Part shown: positions 43,601-61,000 of the stretch, piece by piece
Layout of the letters: each line of letters opens with the position of its first letter
How positions within the stretch are numbered: position 1 is the first letter of the stretch
NCBI GenBank assembly: GCA_964035545.1
Contig: OZ037771.1
Span: 4,351,628 to 4,415,627 of the forward strand
Reading direction: 5' to 3'
Source of the DNA: Bugula neritina
Lineage: Eukaryota; Animalia; Bryozoa
DNA: 64,000 nt
Program-made: the position numbers and the translations under genes
Notes under the pieces: generated by a model
What the model was told of the DNA's origin: nothing
The model's database searches: none
Seen by the model: the letters and a program-made list of their open reading frames with translations, nothing else

Positions 43601-46600
43601 TAATAGATGGCAGAAGATCTTCTAGATCGGTTGTAAGCCTTCATCAACTCATATACCTACTGAGTTATACACCCATATATTCATTTGTAAGCAAGAGTCT
43701 TCTCACAGTTGATATTGGGAATCAGCATGTGGGTTGACTAGGTTCATGACAACATTTGTCGTGTTTGACCTTGAGTAGGTCGTGAGCTCGGTGCAGTGGT
43801 TGGTCTGTGGTAATGTGCTGATACATGTATGTTCTGTATAATAGTGGATACAGATGATGGGGCTGAGAAAGTCATGCTGTCGTATGGTTATGGTGCATCC
43901 ATTCCGTCATCTTCCCAGAGGAGAATGAAACAGTCAGTGCACCTGGCGCGTCGCTGCCTGGCCTTGGAGCGCCAGATGGTTGGCGATAAGAGGCAAATAA
44001 AGGAGTTGGAGAGTGCGCTATTCAACTTAAAAGAAGAGGTATGTGTGTGTCTCTTTGCATGTCTGTGTGCTGATGTAGTTTTTAGTGAGCGTGAGTGAGT
44101 GCGTGTGGAAGTAACTGTTGAATTTACAGCTGACTCAATACTGGAATCTGTACTTCTTATACTTATACTTTACATAACACTTGAATACATTGGCCCACAT
44201 GAATTATTTTAACGGCCCAGCTTCCTAATGCAGAGTTGTGTGCACTTACATAGATGCACTTTTGGCATCTCCGGCAGTATTTGCATCTTTAGAGAGCTCG
44301 AGGCCTTTTATTCTAATCAACACAATGTATCATTTAATATTGCATAGTACATTCACTTATCTCTACCCTCATTCCTACATTATATATTTAGTTTTCCTGA
44401 TGCACACAGCTAGCTACATAAGTAGTGTTTTAGTTTTAACAATGTACACAAAGGGTTCTAAAGGGTGGAAGATTTTAGGATATCATTTTCACTTCTATTT
44501 TTTAATAGACAAATATTTTTGTTTCCTGAATTAACCCATTTTAACATCTGTCTGATGTGAAGCATTCCGAGTTGAAGCTGTCGACCCGCTGCCTATCTCT
44601 GCTGCCTGCCTTGTAGTTAGCCGGGGCCAATGAGAAGTTGGACACAGCTGAGCAGCCCTACAGCTACATCCTTAACAAAACCAAAGAGTTGGAGGACTCT
44701 AACCGACAACTGAAGAAGGCAAACCACTGCATGGAGAAAGAGTTGAAGTAGGCGTTAGATTCTTATTATTGTTTTTCTACTTGGATTAATTGCGGGATAT
44801 GGAGTCAGGTTTTGTTATTAAAAGTTTTATTGTTTAAACTAAATCTGGAAGTATTGTTGAAGTCACCGCTAAACTCGTTTCAGTGGATTTGACACCTGTC
44901 AACTCGTAACTAACAAATAACGTAGAAATTGAAGTTTGTCTAGTTTGTCATTTTATAAATTGCATCAAGAGGCCAAAAGCAACAGGTTTCTGCTATATCA
45001 TCAAAAAACTTGAGATCAAACAATGATAACCAGCAACACTCTGGTCAGTTAGAAGTATTTCCTTTTACCTGGTAACAGTTGCTCCGATCACTCACTTGAT
45101 AGTATTTTTTCCTGTTATTAATTTTAGTTAGCCTATATTATATTTCTGTTCCGATTTGTTTTTCAACAGGATAGCCAAAGAAAAGTGTGTAGAAAAATCT
45201 GCAGAAATACAGAATTTGTTACGAGATATGGAGAGGTCGAGCTGCCACCTGGATGTACGTCTTACCTGTGTTTCTGTTGTAAACGAATATCTGCTTATCA
45301 GGGGACTTATAATTGCTCTGAAATTCAGTGCATTCAATTTATATGAATAAAATGATAATTCACTTATTGCTCGAAGACATGGTCACTTTTATTTTCCTTC
45401 CAGGAGATCAATATGATGAAAGACCAGCTGCGTCAAGTTCTCTCAAAACGCTCACTTGCTGTGAGTATGAATTATATTTGAGTGTGAAATTTCCATTGTG
45501 GGTCTTTTACCTAATAATTTTCAAAAACCATTCAATTATCCTAAAATAAAATGCTCCAACAACACTGTTTGTCCTGTTTTACTACAGTTTTAACTCCTAT
45601 AGTGTTCCTGTAGAAGAGGAACCCTTAGAAGGGCTCTTGAGATGTCAGTTCCGTGTATTATATAGTGTCGTATGCTCTTGGGTGCATTATTAGACTATTA
45701 ACCTCTTAGTAATATTATTAGCATCTAGCAGAAATCTCCGAGGTGCCCTGATTTCCTGTTGTCTTATTTTTTCCATCTCTAGTAGGAAGCTCTGGTCGGC
45801 TCTTCTCCGGTGGTGAAGCTGGAAGCTTCCAAAATATCATGTACACCTGGGCATGCACGGACCCGCAATAATTTCAAATGTTTTTTCTTTACTCCTTTTT
45901 GTGCCACAGAAGAAAGAAAGACTGTTGGGGGAGATGTCAGACAAGGAGCGTATACAGAGAAGCAGGGGGTTGCTAGCGAATGAAGGTGACAATGAAAAGG
46001 CACTACTTCAGGCTGAGCAATATCTTAGACCGGTTAATCTGCCCTTTAATCCTGCAACTCAAATACTCAGTGGAGAGCGTAGTCTACAAGACGCCATCTC
46101 CTACTTAGACACTGTGATTCTAGGTATGTTTCAACTTGAACTTCTGCCCTGTTGCATAACGCTAGTTTATTATTAGTTATAATTATTACTGTTAGTTTTG
46201 TAATGCAAAATTGAAATTTTCCCTGTCATACAATAGTCCATCCACAAATACAATGGGTGTTTGGGTGTTTATCAAAAGCTAAACTTGATGCAACGGTTAT
46301 ATAATTTGACTAACTAATGAAAATGTAGTATGTATGTCTAGAAAATGTTCAACATTAAATCTTAAGGACAATGTTTGTCATTTTTATTATTTCCATTAGA
46401 TATGTTATTTTAAATGGACATTGACGTAATGCATATAACACAGTGAGGCTAACAGTGTTTAACCACCACATCACATATATCATACATCTACATGCACAGA
46501 TATATTACACTACAATGTATTGCAAGTTTATCTCATACCTCTATATATTGTTTATGTTACTTTACGAGTTTACTTTTTTATTATCTGGTATAGCTAGTGT

Positions 46601-47107
46601 CTTCACTGAAGACACGTGTACATATTTTAGCTCAAAGTCCCCCTTCACGGTTACCATCAACAGCTACTGGTAGAAATCTCGGCAAATCTCTTTCACATCC
46701 CATCAGATCTATCAGTGAAGATTTTTCAGGGGATCAACACCAGCCAGCTCCTATTAGTATGGTGTGTATACTCATTGTACCTGCTCTATTAGTATGCTAC
46801 TCATTATACCTGCTCTATTAGTATGGTTCTTCTAAGTTTTGTATGACTCCGGCAGTTATAAGTTTATATCAAAATGTTTGCTCATACACAAGGAAAAGCA
46901 AGCTTTTGCCACCTGACACTTTTGTTTAACTTGTGCTCAATTTAAAGATCTGTTTTCATTGAGGTTTTGTAGTAAGTTCTTTGTATCTATAGTGACTGAT
47001 GTTCTGACCACTTACTCCCTATCCACTAATGCATCATTCACTTACCTCTATTGTAGAACAGAAAAACAGTTCAAAAAGGCCGCAGACCAGCCTTAAAGAA
47101 GCATTGA
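37695..47107 (+). CDS. PIBF1: Progesterone-induced-blocking factor 1 (CEP90), centriolar-satellite coiled-coil protein
   Basis: Exons 37695-38069, 38224-38436, 38566-38685, 39731-39864, 40599-40707, 41353-41534, 41863-42087, 42187-42352, 43048-43198, 43845-44038, 44617-44747, 45170-45254, 45404-45460; the 3' exons are less certain (45910-46123, ~46594/46598-46761, 47057-47107). Motifs KQLLEKKQLEHDLQLVRIEL..KIEDLEEKL, QDKDYLTRQ, YENIEKELDEVIMQAAE, AEKVMLSYGYGASIP..RRMKQSVHLARR, EQPYSYIL. Confidence 0.92.
38890..39712. repeat. 17-bp minisatellite (TATGGTAGTAGTTATAG)n in PIBF1 intron 3
   Basis: About 48 units; ends roughly 20 nt before the exon 4 acceptor. Confidence 0.95.
40140..40558. mobile_element. 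About 420-bp near-perfect foldback palindrome (MITE-like) in PIBF1 intron 4
   Basis: Arms of roughly 190 bp (GGTCATTTTACTTAATTTAGTACACAC... / ...GTGTGTACTAAATTAAGTAAAATGACC) are reverse complements with few mismatches and a short centre. Confidence 0.9.
43209..43380. repeat. 22-bp minisatellite (GTCACTCAATATCTGTATGTAG)n in PIBF1 intron
   Basis: About 8 diverging units starting about 10 nt after the donor. Confidence 0.85.
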
Positions 47108-47802
47108 GCTAATTTATTCAACTTGAGATCAGTTTTCCGTCCAAAACCTTCCATGTTCTCTTGTAGTTTGATTTTTTTTCAAGTAATATATTATTATAAT
47201 ATTTATCGCATTAAGGATTTGACAAACGCTAGTTTGTTTGATATGTGTTCTAAACCCTCTTGCTGATTTGTAAACTCGAATGTATTTTGCATGTGTGCTC
47301 TATGTAGAGTTCATCTTTCTATTCTTTGGAGTTGTGTTCTTTTATGATTCTTAAAAGTTCTATTGATACGTGGTAATAACATAAAACTATTATGCTGCCT
47401 AAAACTCTCTGTCTATTTTTTTGCTATGTATGACTGCAGTAAATAAATTGAAAGAACTCTATTTGTGGGTCTATTGTTTTAGCTAAATTGCTGGTCAGTT
47501 TCGTGTTGTATTTTATGGTATATCAAATCTTCTGATATATCATATATTATGATGTATTGCACTCCATCACCTTCTTCTCATTCTAGTTGTTCAGATTCTA
47601 GTTTTGTTGGAGGAAATAGTTGAAACCTTTATCTTTCTGTAGACTCTCAAGTCTAAATGTCAACCACAATAATAAATAGAAATGTCAAGGTAACACAACT
47701 CCAATCTGCCTATATGACTTTTGCACTTCCACATGGTTATCATAACTTACCATATGGGAACCCACCATGCACACTCCTAACTTAAAAAGGGTCTTAGTTT
47801 AA

Positions 47803-53461
<5,659 letters not shown>

Positions 53462-53943
53462 TTTCTGAATAATGTTTGATATTGTGATTGTATGTTGGCA
53501 ACCTTCACTGATTCCTCAGTTTCAGTTTTTTAATAACTACTGCAAAATGTATTTGTTTGTTTGAATGATGTGTTTGATATATTGAGTAATTATGAGTGTA
53601 TATTCTAATGCATTTTCAATGTCATTTCTAAAGCTTTCTTATTCTGCCTGAAATAAATTTGTATGAGCCTCAAAATTGATCCTATACAATATCAGAACCA
53701 GTAATATGAACTTTCACTTTCGGTAATATCTAGCTACACTAGTTTTATAATATAATATATTATACATAGCTTTCGCACTCAGTTTCTTTCTGCTGCTATG
53801 CATATTTAGTTATGCTTACAATGATTTCTAAAGTGCTAGATATCAACAACTAGGTCGGAAGAAATTACTAGTTGTGGGTTTTGTTGTAAAACATAAAATA
53901 TTCTAAAACTTGTTTCTGTAATAACTATAAAAAAAACTCACAG

Positions 53944-54150
53944 AAGTTTATAATCACTATCCCTGTGAGAAAACCCATGATAGAAAGGGTTTTTGTTAAA
54001 GCGGGCTAAGGACTTATTCAGATGAGGCACAGGAGCAATTATGACTGGATGCTCTTTCTAACACCACCATTGGCCTTTGTCTGGGCTCGAACCCATGACT
54101 TCGTGCTTACTAGGCAATTGCTCTAACCCGTAGACCATGGCTGCTCCCTG
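53944..54150 (-). mobile_element. tRNA-derived SINE (family A), near full length
   Basis: Reverse complement begins CAGGGAGCAGCCATGGTCTACGGGTTAGAGC (A-box-like) and contains GGTTCGAGCCC (B-box). The body is shared with copies at 13824, 50880 and 5395. Confidence 0.82.
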
Positions 54151-55430
54151 TAATAACTATAAAGCAATAATAAAATTGCTCAAAATTTTGATTATATAGG
54201 TGCAGCACAGTGAACGTAGTTGTATAGTGGTGGTTGTAGTTACATAGTGACCATATGACTGTGGTTGTATCATATAGTAGCTTTAGCTGTATATAGTTTA
54301 TTTATACGGTAGTCATAGTATGGTGGTCAGAACTTTGGTTACTGCCACAGCTTGAATATCTTCTACATGTTCCCATTTTTTAGGAATCACATCTGAACAT
54401 TTAGTTTACCAATCAATAACATTTGATTATTCAATTTAATTTAACAAATAAAAGGAATATTGTACAGATAATAATCTCAATGTTGTAACATGAACTCTAA
54501 TATTAGGCATCGCTGAGTAAATAGGTTTTTACATGCTATAAAACATTGTGTAAATTATTCCAAAACCTGTGGTAGCATAAAAGTGCTCAGTAACCAAGTT
54601 ACAGGTGTAGCAGGTATGTGAGAGGATTTTAAACATTCTGTTTCACTGCCTCGTTTTTTATTAATATTCTTATTATTCTGTAATGTAAGTTTTACCAAGA
54701 GTTGTGAACTTAGTATTTCTAGATTAAAAAGCATTTGATATATAAACGTATTACAAAATTATATATCATTATTTGTATGATAACTAATTACTGTTGCTAA
54801 TAAGTTGCACTTATTTCCTCTCAAAGTTGCGGGTGAGTTTACTCTATTGATTATTGCGCATGATAATTATGTAGTTACTATTTACTGCACCTAGTAACGG
54901 AGCCCAAACTTTTGGAAACAATGCCATTGCCAAAACAGTCATGTATTGTTGTATTACTCTCTGTCTAGAAACCATATAGATCCATTTTCTACCCCTTTAG
55001 CCTGTTTTCTCAAATAGTTTGATATAAAACGGACATATGAGCCCCTACCCAAACCACGCACTGTTATTAGCTTGGAATCTGCTGTTGTCAAAACTTAATA
55101 ACAATAAAATCTGGTTATAAAAGATCAATGCTGGAATGTTACCCGCCATTGTGTGCTACATTGCAGAAAGTGGATGAGCTGCTAGATATTTTTAAGGTAA
55201 TTAAATATCTAAGAACTCTTTTCAGGTGAGTACTAAATTTTACAAAAATTTAAGCCTGATTTGTGGATTGTTTTTTTTTTCTTTATTATTCATATACATT
55301 ACATTTCACTATTATAAAGTAATGGTGTTTTATAATAAAATTTCACCACATTTTTTAAATCAAAGCTTGTTTTAAATACTAATTAGTACATATCACATAG
55401 ATGCTTTTTAATGTGTTTCAGAAACACAAA

Positions 55431-58400
55431 ATGAAGATGCTGATAGCAACCGTGCTGCTCTCTATTTTGCGTAAGTATATACAGCTTATATTGTTTAGTT
55501 GAAAATAAAGTTGTTTTTGCGATACAGCTGCTTTATTAGCAGTTCAATTGTCAGTCTCAAACATTTAAATTAGGTTATATATTACTGGCACGTATTATAT
55601 ATGTGAGTCACTTATAATTTTTTGCTGCCTTAATCTGTTTTGGTCAGTTTTAAAATGACTAAACGCATAACAAGATATTTGCAAAAATATAAACATATCT
55701 AAAGTTATCAATTTATGAAAAATTAATGTTATTAGACTCACTTTTTCATTGAGTCTCACACTATTTTACTTGCCTATATGCATGTAAAAAATGTTAAGGC
55801 TTCTGCTAGACTCTAAAGAATTAACTATTTTGATTTATGACTTTGATTGCCATTTAGCTGCAATAGCAGAGAAATTTCCACAGCCCAGATTCTTCAATTT
55901 GTTTTTTATAAATTTTGAATTGGGACGCTGTTGAAACTTCAGCAAAATATAATTCATTGACTAAATTTTTATCTAAAATACAGGCTTTTCTGAATTTTTG
56001 CATTACTGCACCTACATTTCTCTTTTAGTTTATAATTCTCAATATTATACTTCATTTGGAATCAATAATCACAGCTTTAGTTGCTATGATACGATTGACA
56101 ATAAGATTCACAATGTTTTACGTTTGAAGACATAGATCAATAATTTACAAAGAAAAACAAAACAATGTATTTGTCTATTGCCAAATAATAGTATGAATAA
56201 TTAATGCATACAATACAATTATACTATTGAATTATCATAATCAATTTTACCTTGGTAATCATTCTAGCGATAATAACTAATACAGTTATATAAATTAGTT
56301 ATTGCATGGTAGAGATGAAAAGCCGTACATGCGTTCCATTATTTTGTCAATAGAAACAGAGAATATATTCATATTCTGTTGAATACATGTGTTTGAATCA
56401 TTAAAAACATTTTCGATTTTATTTTGGAATGCTTCAATCTTAATTTACAATTATTTTAGAAAAACATTGTTCAAGTGCAATTTAATACAAAACTAGAAAG
56501 TGGTTTCAACTTACTGCACAGTTATTTTAAGTTCTTTATGTTTGTTATAACACGAAAATTTACAGTTGCCAGTGAGCTCTGTGAAGCCATCACATGTAAA
56601 GGTACCCAGGATGCCATCCAAGGATACGCCGCCATCTGTAAAACTACTAGCAGTAATGCCGTCTTCACCGCAGAACAGTCCTGCATAACCAGCGCCGTAG
56701 ACACCTCTGATTTTACTTGCACGGCAGATGCATGTGTGGTGAGTTCAGTATACATGCACTAAACTTCATATCTCAGTTTGTACTCTATATAATACTACCT
56801 TCATGCATTGTAATGTTGAGTTTACCCATCAGCCCTTGTAGAGTAATTGGTTAGTGCACCTGTTTGCAAGCCGGAGGTCTGTGGTTCGAATCCTGGTGGG
56901 GGGGGGGGAGCAATTATTTTACACGCATCTGCAGCTTGTAGCAACATGCTAAAACAACAGTCTTTTGCTACAGCTAAGATGCTACCAGATAACTCTTATG
57001 CTTTCAACCGAAACTTTAAACCAATATTTACAAACTAAAGCGAAGAAAAAAGTGATAGTTGTAAAACATAGCGATTCAGTTTTTATTATAAATTAAACTA
57101 CGATGTTTTCTTTGATTGTATGAATTATGTTTCTTATCAAATTTGTTAATATCTTTCTCATTATGCAGGGTATGAATGTGAAGTTGCAAAACAACCAGTT
57201 TAAAGGTGTCAAAGATACTATATGGAGTTTCTCAGGTTGCTACGGCACTTTTGAATACAAATTTTGTTCTGATTCTTCCTATGTTGAAGGTATGTTGTTT
57301 TAGTTGCCTTTGCTGCATACTTGTTGCAAAATACTAGTCATAGCTGTGAGCTGGTTTTTATTTAGCAAGAGCTTAAAGTTTATGTTTTACAGTTTGAGTT
57401 ATTTAATCTGAGAGTCTAGTTCTAGCTACAAACCTTATAGATGATAATAGACTACGAATTTTGTAGGTCATTCAAAATATATTGCATGCAAATTAATTGT
57501 TGTTAAAATGTTTTGTTTTCAATTTTAGTAACCACAGCTGCTCCTACTACAGCTGCTCCTACTACAGCTGGTCCTACTACAGCTGGTCCTACTACAGCTG
57601 GTCCTACTACAGCTGGTCCTACTACAGCTGGTCCTACTACAGCTGGTCCTACTACAGCTGGTCCTTCTACAGCTGGTCCTACTACAGCTGGTCCTACTAC
57701 AGCTGGTCCTTCTACAGCTGCTCCTACTACAGCTGGTCCTACTACAGCTGGTCCTACTACAGCTGGTCCTACTACAGCTGGTCCTACTACAGCTGGTCCT
57801 ACTACAGCTGGTCCTACTACAGCTGGTCCTACTACAGCTGGTCCTACTACAGCTGGTCCTACTACAGCTGGTCCTACTACAGCTGGTCCTACTACAGCTG
57901 GTCCTACTACAGCTGGTCCTACTACAGCTGGTCCTACTACAGCTGGTCCTACTACAGCTGGTCCTACTACAGCTGGTCCTACTACAGCTGGTCCTACTAC
58001 AGCTGGTCCTACTACAGCTGGTCCAACTACAGCTGGTCCAACTACAGCTGCTCCTACTACTACTGACTCCGGTTAGTCAAATGCTCTATGTTTTTGAATA
58101 AAATTATTGTTACTGAAAAGATAGACTTCAAAATCAAACTTTGCGGAAACTAGTTGTTATCAGTTTTTAGATATCTACTCTAATAATACTTGGTTTATAT
58201 TTAGATTTGCCTGATTTTGATGGATGCATTTCTGGAACAGTCACTATCATTGAAACCTGCGCAGAAACTGATGAAATTGAAATTCCTGCCAGCTATGAAG
58301 AGTATACTGATGGTACAGGATCAGGAACCACTGTTGATACGACCATTGTCATCAGCGTTATTGGCTGCTGTACCACAGATAACTGCTCACCTGGAGATGG

Positions 58401-59242
58401 TGTTACCAGTACGTTAACGCAACTTTATTCATGATGATCTCATTAGCCTGATATTAGTTTGAATAAAACAATTTCAGCTGAAAATTACAATTTTTTGTGT
58501 GCGTTTTGATTTACAGGGGACTACACTTGCAACATTGGTGATGATAGTAGTACTGTAACCGGCATGTGCGAGGATGGCTGCTTTACTCGTATTATAGATG
58601 AAACGTAAGTCTGTATTTCAGATTGAAATACAAATAAAATTGTGTCTTTGCTTTGCAACTTCCAGCTTTTGTAATTATGTTTCCCACTACATTTTTAATG
58701 ATGCCAATTTTTAGCGTAAAACATGGCTGTCTGGAGGATATGGACATAGACGATTCTGTACATAAAGAGGTATCACAATGCTCTTCAACTATTGAAGATG
58801 GCAGCTGTGACGACGATGAAGAGGTTAATTAAAATTTGTTTACTTTCCAGTTCCATTATTCACTATTATTAATTTGTATCCTTGCAGCTGAAAAAATTAT
58901 GGATTACTGTTTGTTTAAACTGCAAAGTAATAAAAGCTATTTAAATTTAAAGCAAAGGCTTGCGGCACTATATAAAATATTTACATATACCATGTTTTTG
59001 ATGATAAAAAATTTCGAGATTTTAGAACAATGCAAATTGTCAAATACAGAAGGCTTTGAATGAGGACTCACAAGTAAAATATTTATTTAATTCTGCAGGA
59101 TTGTTTGAGATGTTGCACCAAGGATAACTGCAATGACTGGGAATCTATAGATGAGCTACTTGGCAAGGATGGTGACAACTCTGCAAATGCTTTAGTTGGC
59201 TCTACCATTCTCCTAATCTCTTTACTAGCGTTTGCTTTCTGA
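55431..59242 (+). CDS. Predicted GPI-anchored two-domain Ly6/uPAR (three-finger)-like protein with internal PTTAG mucin exon
   Basis: Exons 55431-55470, 56566-56738, 57169-57289, 57529-58071, 58205-58408, 58517-58604, 58715-58823, 59099-59242 join in phase. Signal peptide MKMLIATVLLSILLASELCEA. Two Cys-rich domains end in CCTTDNC and CCTKDNCN. C-terminus DNSANALVGSTILLISLLAFAF* resembles a GPI signal. Confidence 0.8.
56814..56920 (+). mobile_element. Short tRNA-like SINE (family B)
   Basis: TGTTGAGTTTACCC leader, TAGAGTAATTGGTTAG (A-box-like), TTTGCAAG, GGTTCGAATCC (B-box), then a poly-G tract. Confidence 0.72.
57530..58062 (+). repeat. Coding 15-bp minisatellite (GGTCCTACTACAGCT)n, about 35 units, encoding PTTAG
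   Basis: Near-identical 15-mers seen directly; a few variants encode PTTAA or PSTAG. Confidence 0.97.
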
Positions 59243-59591
59243 TTTCATCTTGACCCTTTTATTCTAAAACTCAAATTTTTTGTTGCCATTCTCTGAAATT
59301 TATTATAAAAGTATATTATAACAATTTTTTTATGTTGATTCTATTTAATAATGAGTGTTCTTTTAATTTATCAGCCTTGCCATTATTGGAGCTATGTTAG
59401 CTTGTATGATACCTTGTAGCTATGGAAACTTTTCTATGAAAGTTTGTGATTATCATTATTACTTACTGAGAATTGTGATGAACATGGCTCAAGGTTGAAT
59501 AGATTATGGTGTCCAAAGTATACAAATATACAATTTATAATAATAATAAAATACTTTCCAAGCATTATTATATTATATTGATATATACCAA

Positions 59592-59596
<5 letters not shown>

Positions 59597-59632
<36 letters not shown>
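59597..59632. repeat. (TA)n microsatellite
   Basis: Direct inspection. Confidence 0.95.
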
Positions 59633-59637
<5 letters not shown>

Positions 59638-59747
59638 TGCTGGTTCATGCATTTGCTGGCCAGGGAAAATGTTTCAAAGTGGTTCAAAGTTCGAATCATG
59701 GTTGGGGCAATTATTTTTCGATTGGCATTTAATTAGTTATGTGACTT

Positions 59748-59978
59748 TAGGTAAAAATGGCACAGGTAATAATGGCACAGGTGATAGTGGCACAAATAGA
59801 AAGTAGGTAAAAATGGCAAGCTGATGTTAAATTCTCCCAAGCCCTAAACCCCCAACTTTTAAACCCCAACCCCTTCTCCCAGCAAACCCTAATATTGAAA
59901 GTATGCCATTTTTACATACTTTGTCACATGTGCTATTTTACCTCTGCCCTTTTTACCAGTGCCATTTTACCGGACACC
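59748..59978. mobile_element. Foldback-type non-autonomous DNA element with tandem subterminal repeats
   Basis: Repeated GGTAAAAATGGCACA-like units on the left, inverted TGCCATTTTTACC-like units on the right ending CCGGACACC, and a CCCTAAACCCC/AACCCTAA-rich centre. Confidence 0.65.
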
Positions 59979-60887
59979 AAGAAATGTACGTGTTGTACTG
60001 TTTCACCTCAGCTCAGTTCTCACAGGTAATGACACTAGGGTTGCACTTAAACAGCAACTGCACGATTATGTAAGCCAGGGTTAAAATCAAATTTTGAACT
60101 AGATGTATTCGAAAAACTAGTAACAAACAAAAATAATAAGTTAGAAAATAAGCATGTTTTTTACCCTATACCATTTTAGACTGATCATCCACTATAACTT
60201 ATAAGGAAAGTTTTTAACCGTGGAGTGAGAAACTAAAGACTCAGGAAGACACAAGCTTGTAGCTAGCATTTGTCAATGAGGGCGTAACTCTTCATACTAT
60301 TCAAATAAACTCCTCCCGGCAGATAAATTTTTTAATTCCAAATAAGCAGAGTTAATACATATCTCACTTGAAAGTAACACTGTAAACTTGCTATAAATAA
60401 TATAATAAACAAGCATCCTCTGAGTAATTTTTTAGTTAGGTAAATAAATTGTAGGTTTTGTTGTTTTGAAGTTATCTTTCCAGCAAACTCTTATTTGCTA
60501 AATGGTCTATTGATTTATACTCTATGTAAAGTGGCACCCATCTGTTCACTTTTATGACGTAAGACAATAAGCAGACTGTTGAATTGTAAGAGAATTGTCA
60601 AAGCCATGCATTGTAGGATTGCTATTGACTCTGTAACTAGAGATGACATTTATCAAGTAACTGAGCTATGGCTCAATACACTCCTTGTTTTGATCAGGCA
60701 ACCAGTGGTTCTTCAACGTTGATAAAGGCAACAACTACTTAACTGAAGCTGTGCAAAAATCTATTTGAAAAGAGAGATTAAACTCATTTCTAAACCCTCC
60801 GGTATGTTTGCATGTCTGCCTTTAGCTTAGCAATACATCTGCATAAGTTTATCTACCAAGGGATGCCTCAACTCTTATACTTGGTGT

Positions 60888-61000
60888 GGTGTTGAGATCC
60901 CGTAACCCCAGTAGTGTAGATAATGGTCAGCCTACTGACTTGCAAGTTGGAGGTCTGAAGTTTGATTTCTGCTGGGGGGGGGGGGGGGGGCAGATATTTT
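60888..61000 (+). mobile_element. Short tRNA-like SINE (family B), diverged
   Basis: GGTGTTGAG leader, CTTGCAAG, GGAGGTCT, degenerate B-box, poly-G. Confidence 0.6.

Noticed and set aside
56830-56905. Possible tRNA-Ala gene
   Set aside because: D-arm, anticodon stem and acceptor stem pair poorly, and diverged homologs share a non-tRNA leader; treated as a repeat.
57497-58066. 189-aa (YYSWS)n ORF
   Set aside because: Alternative frame of the PTTAG repeat; the splice phases of the flanking exons select the PTTAG frame.
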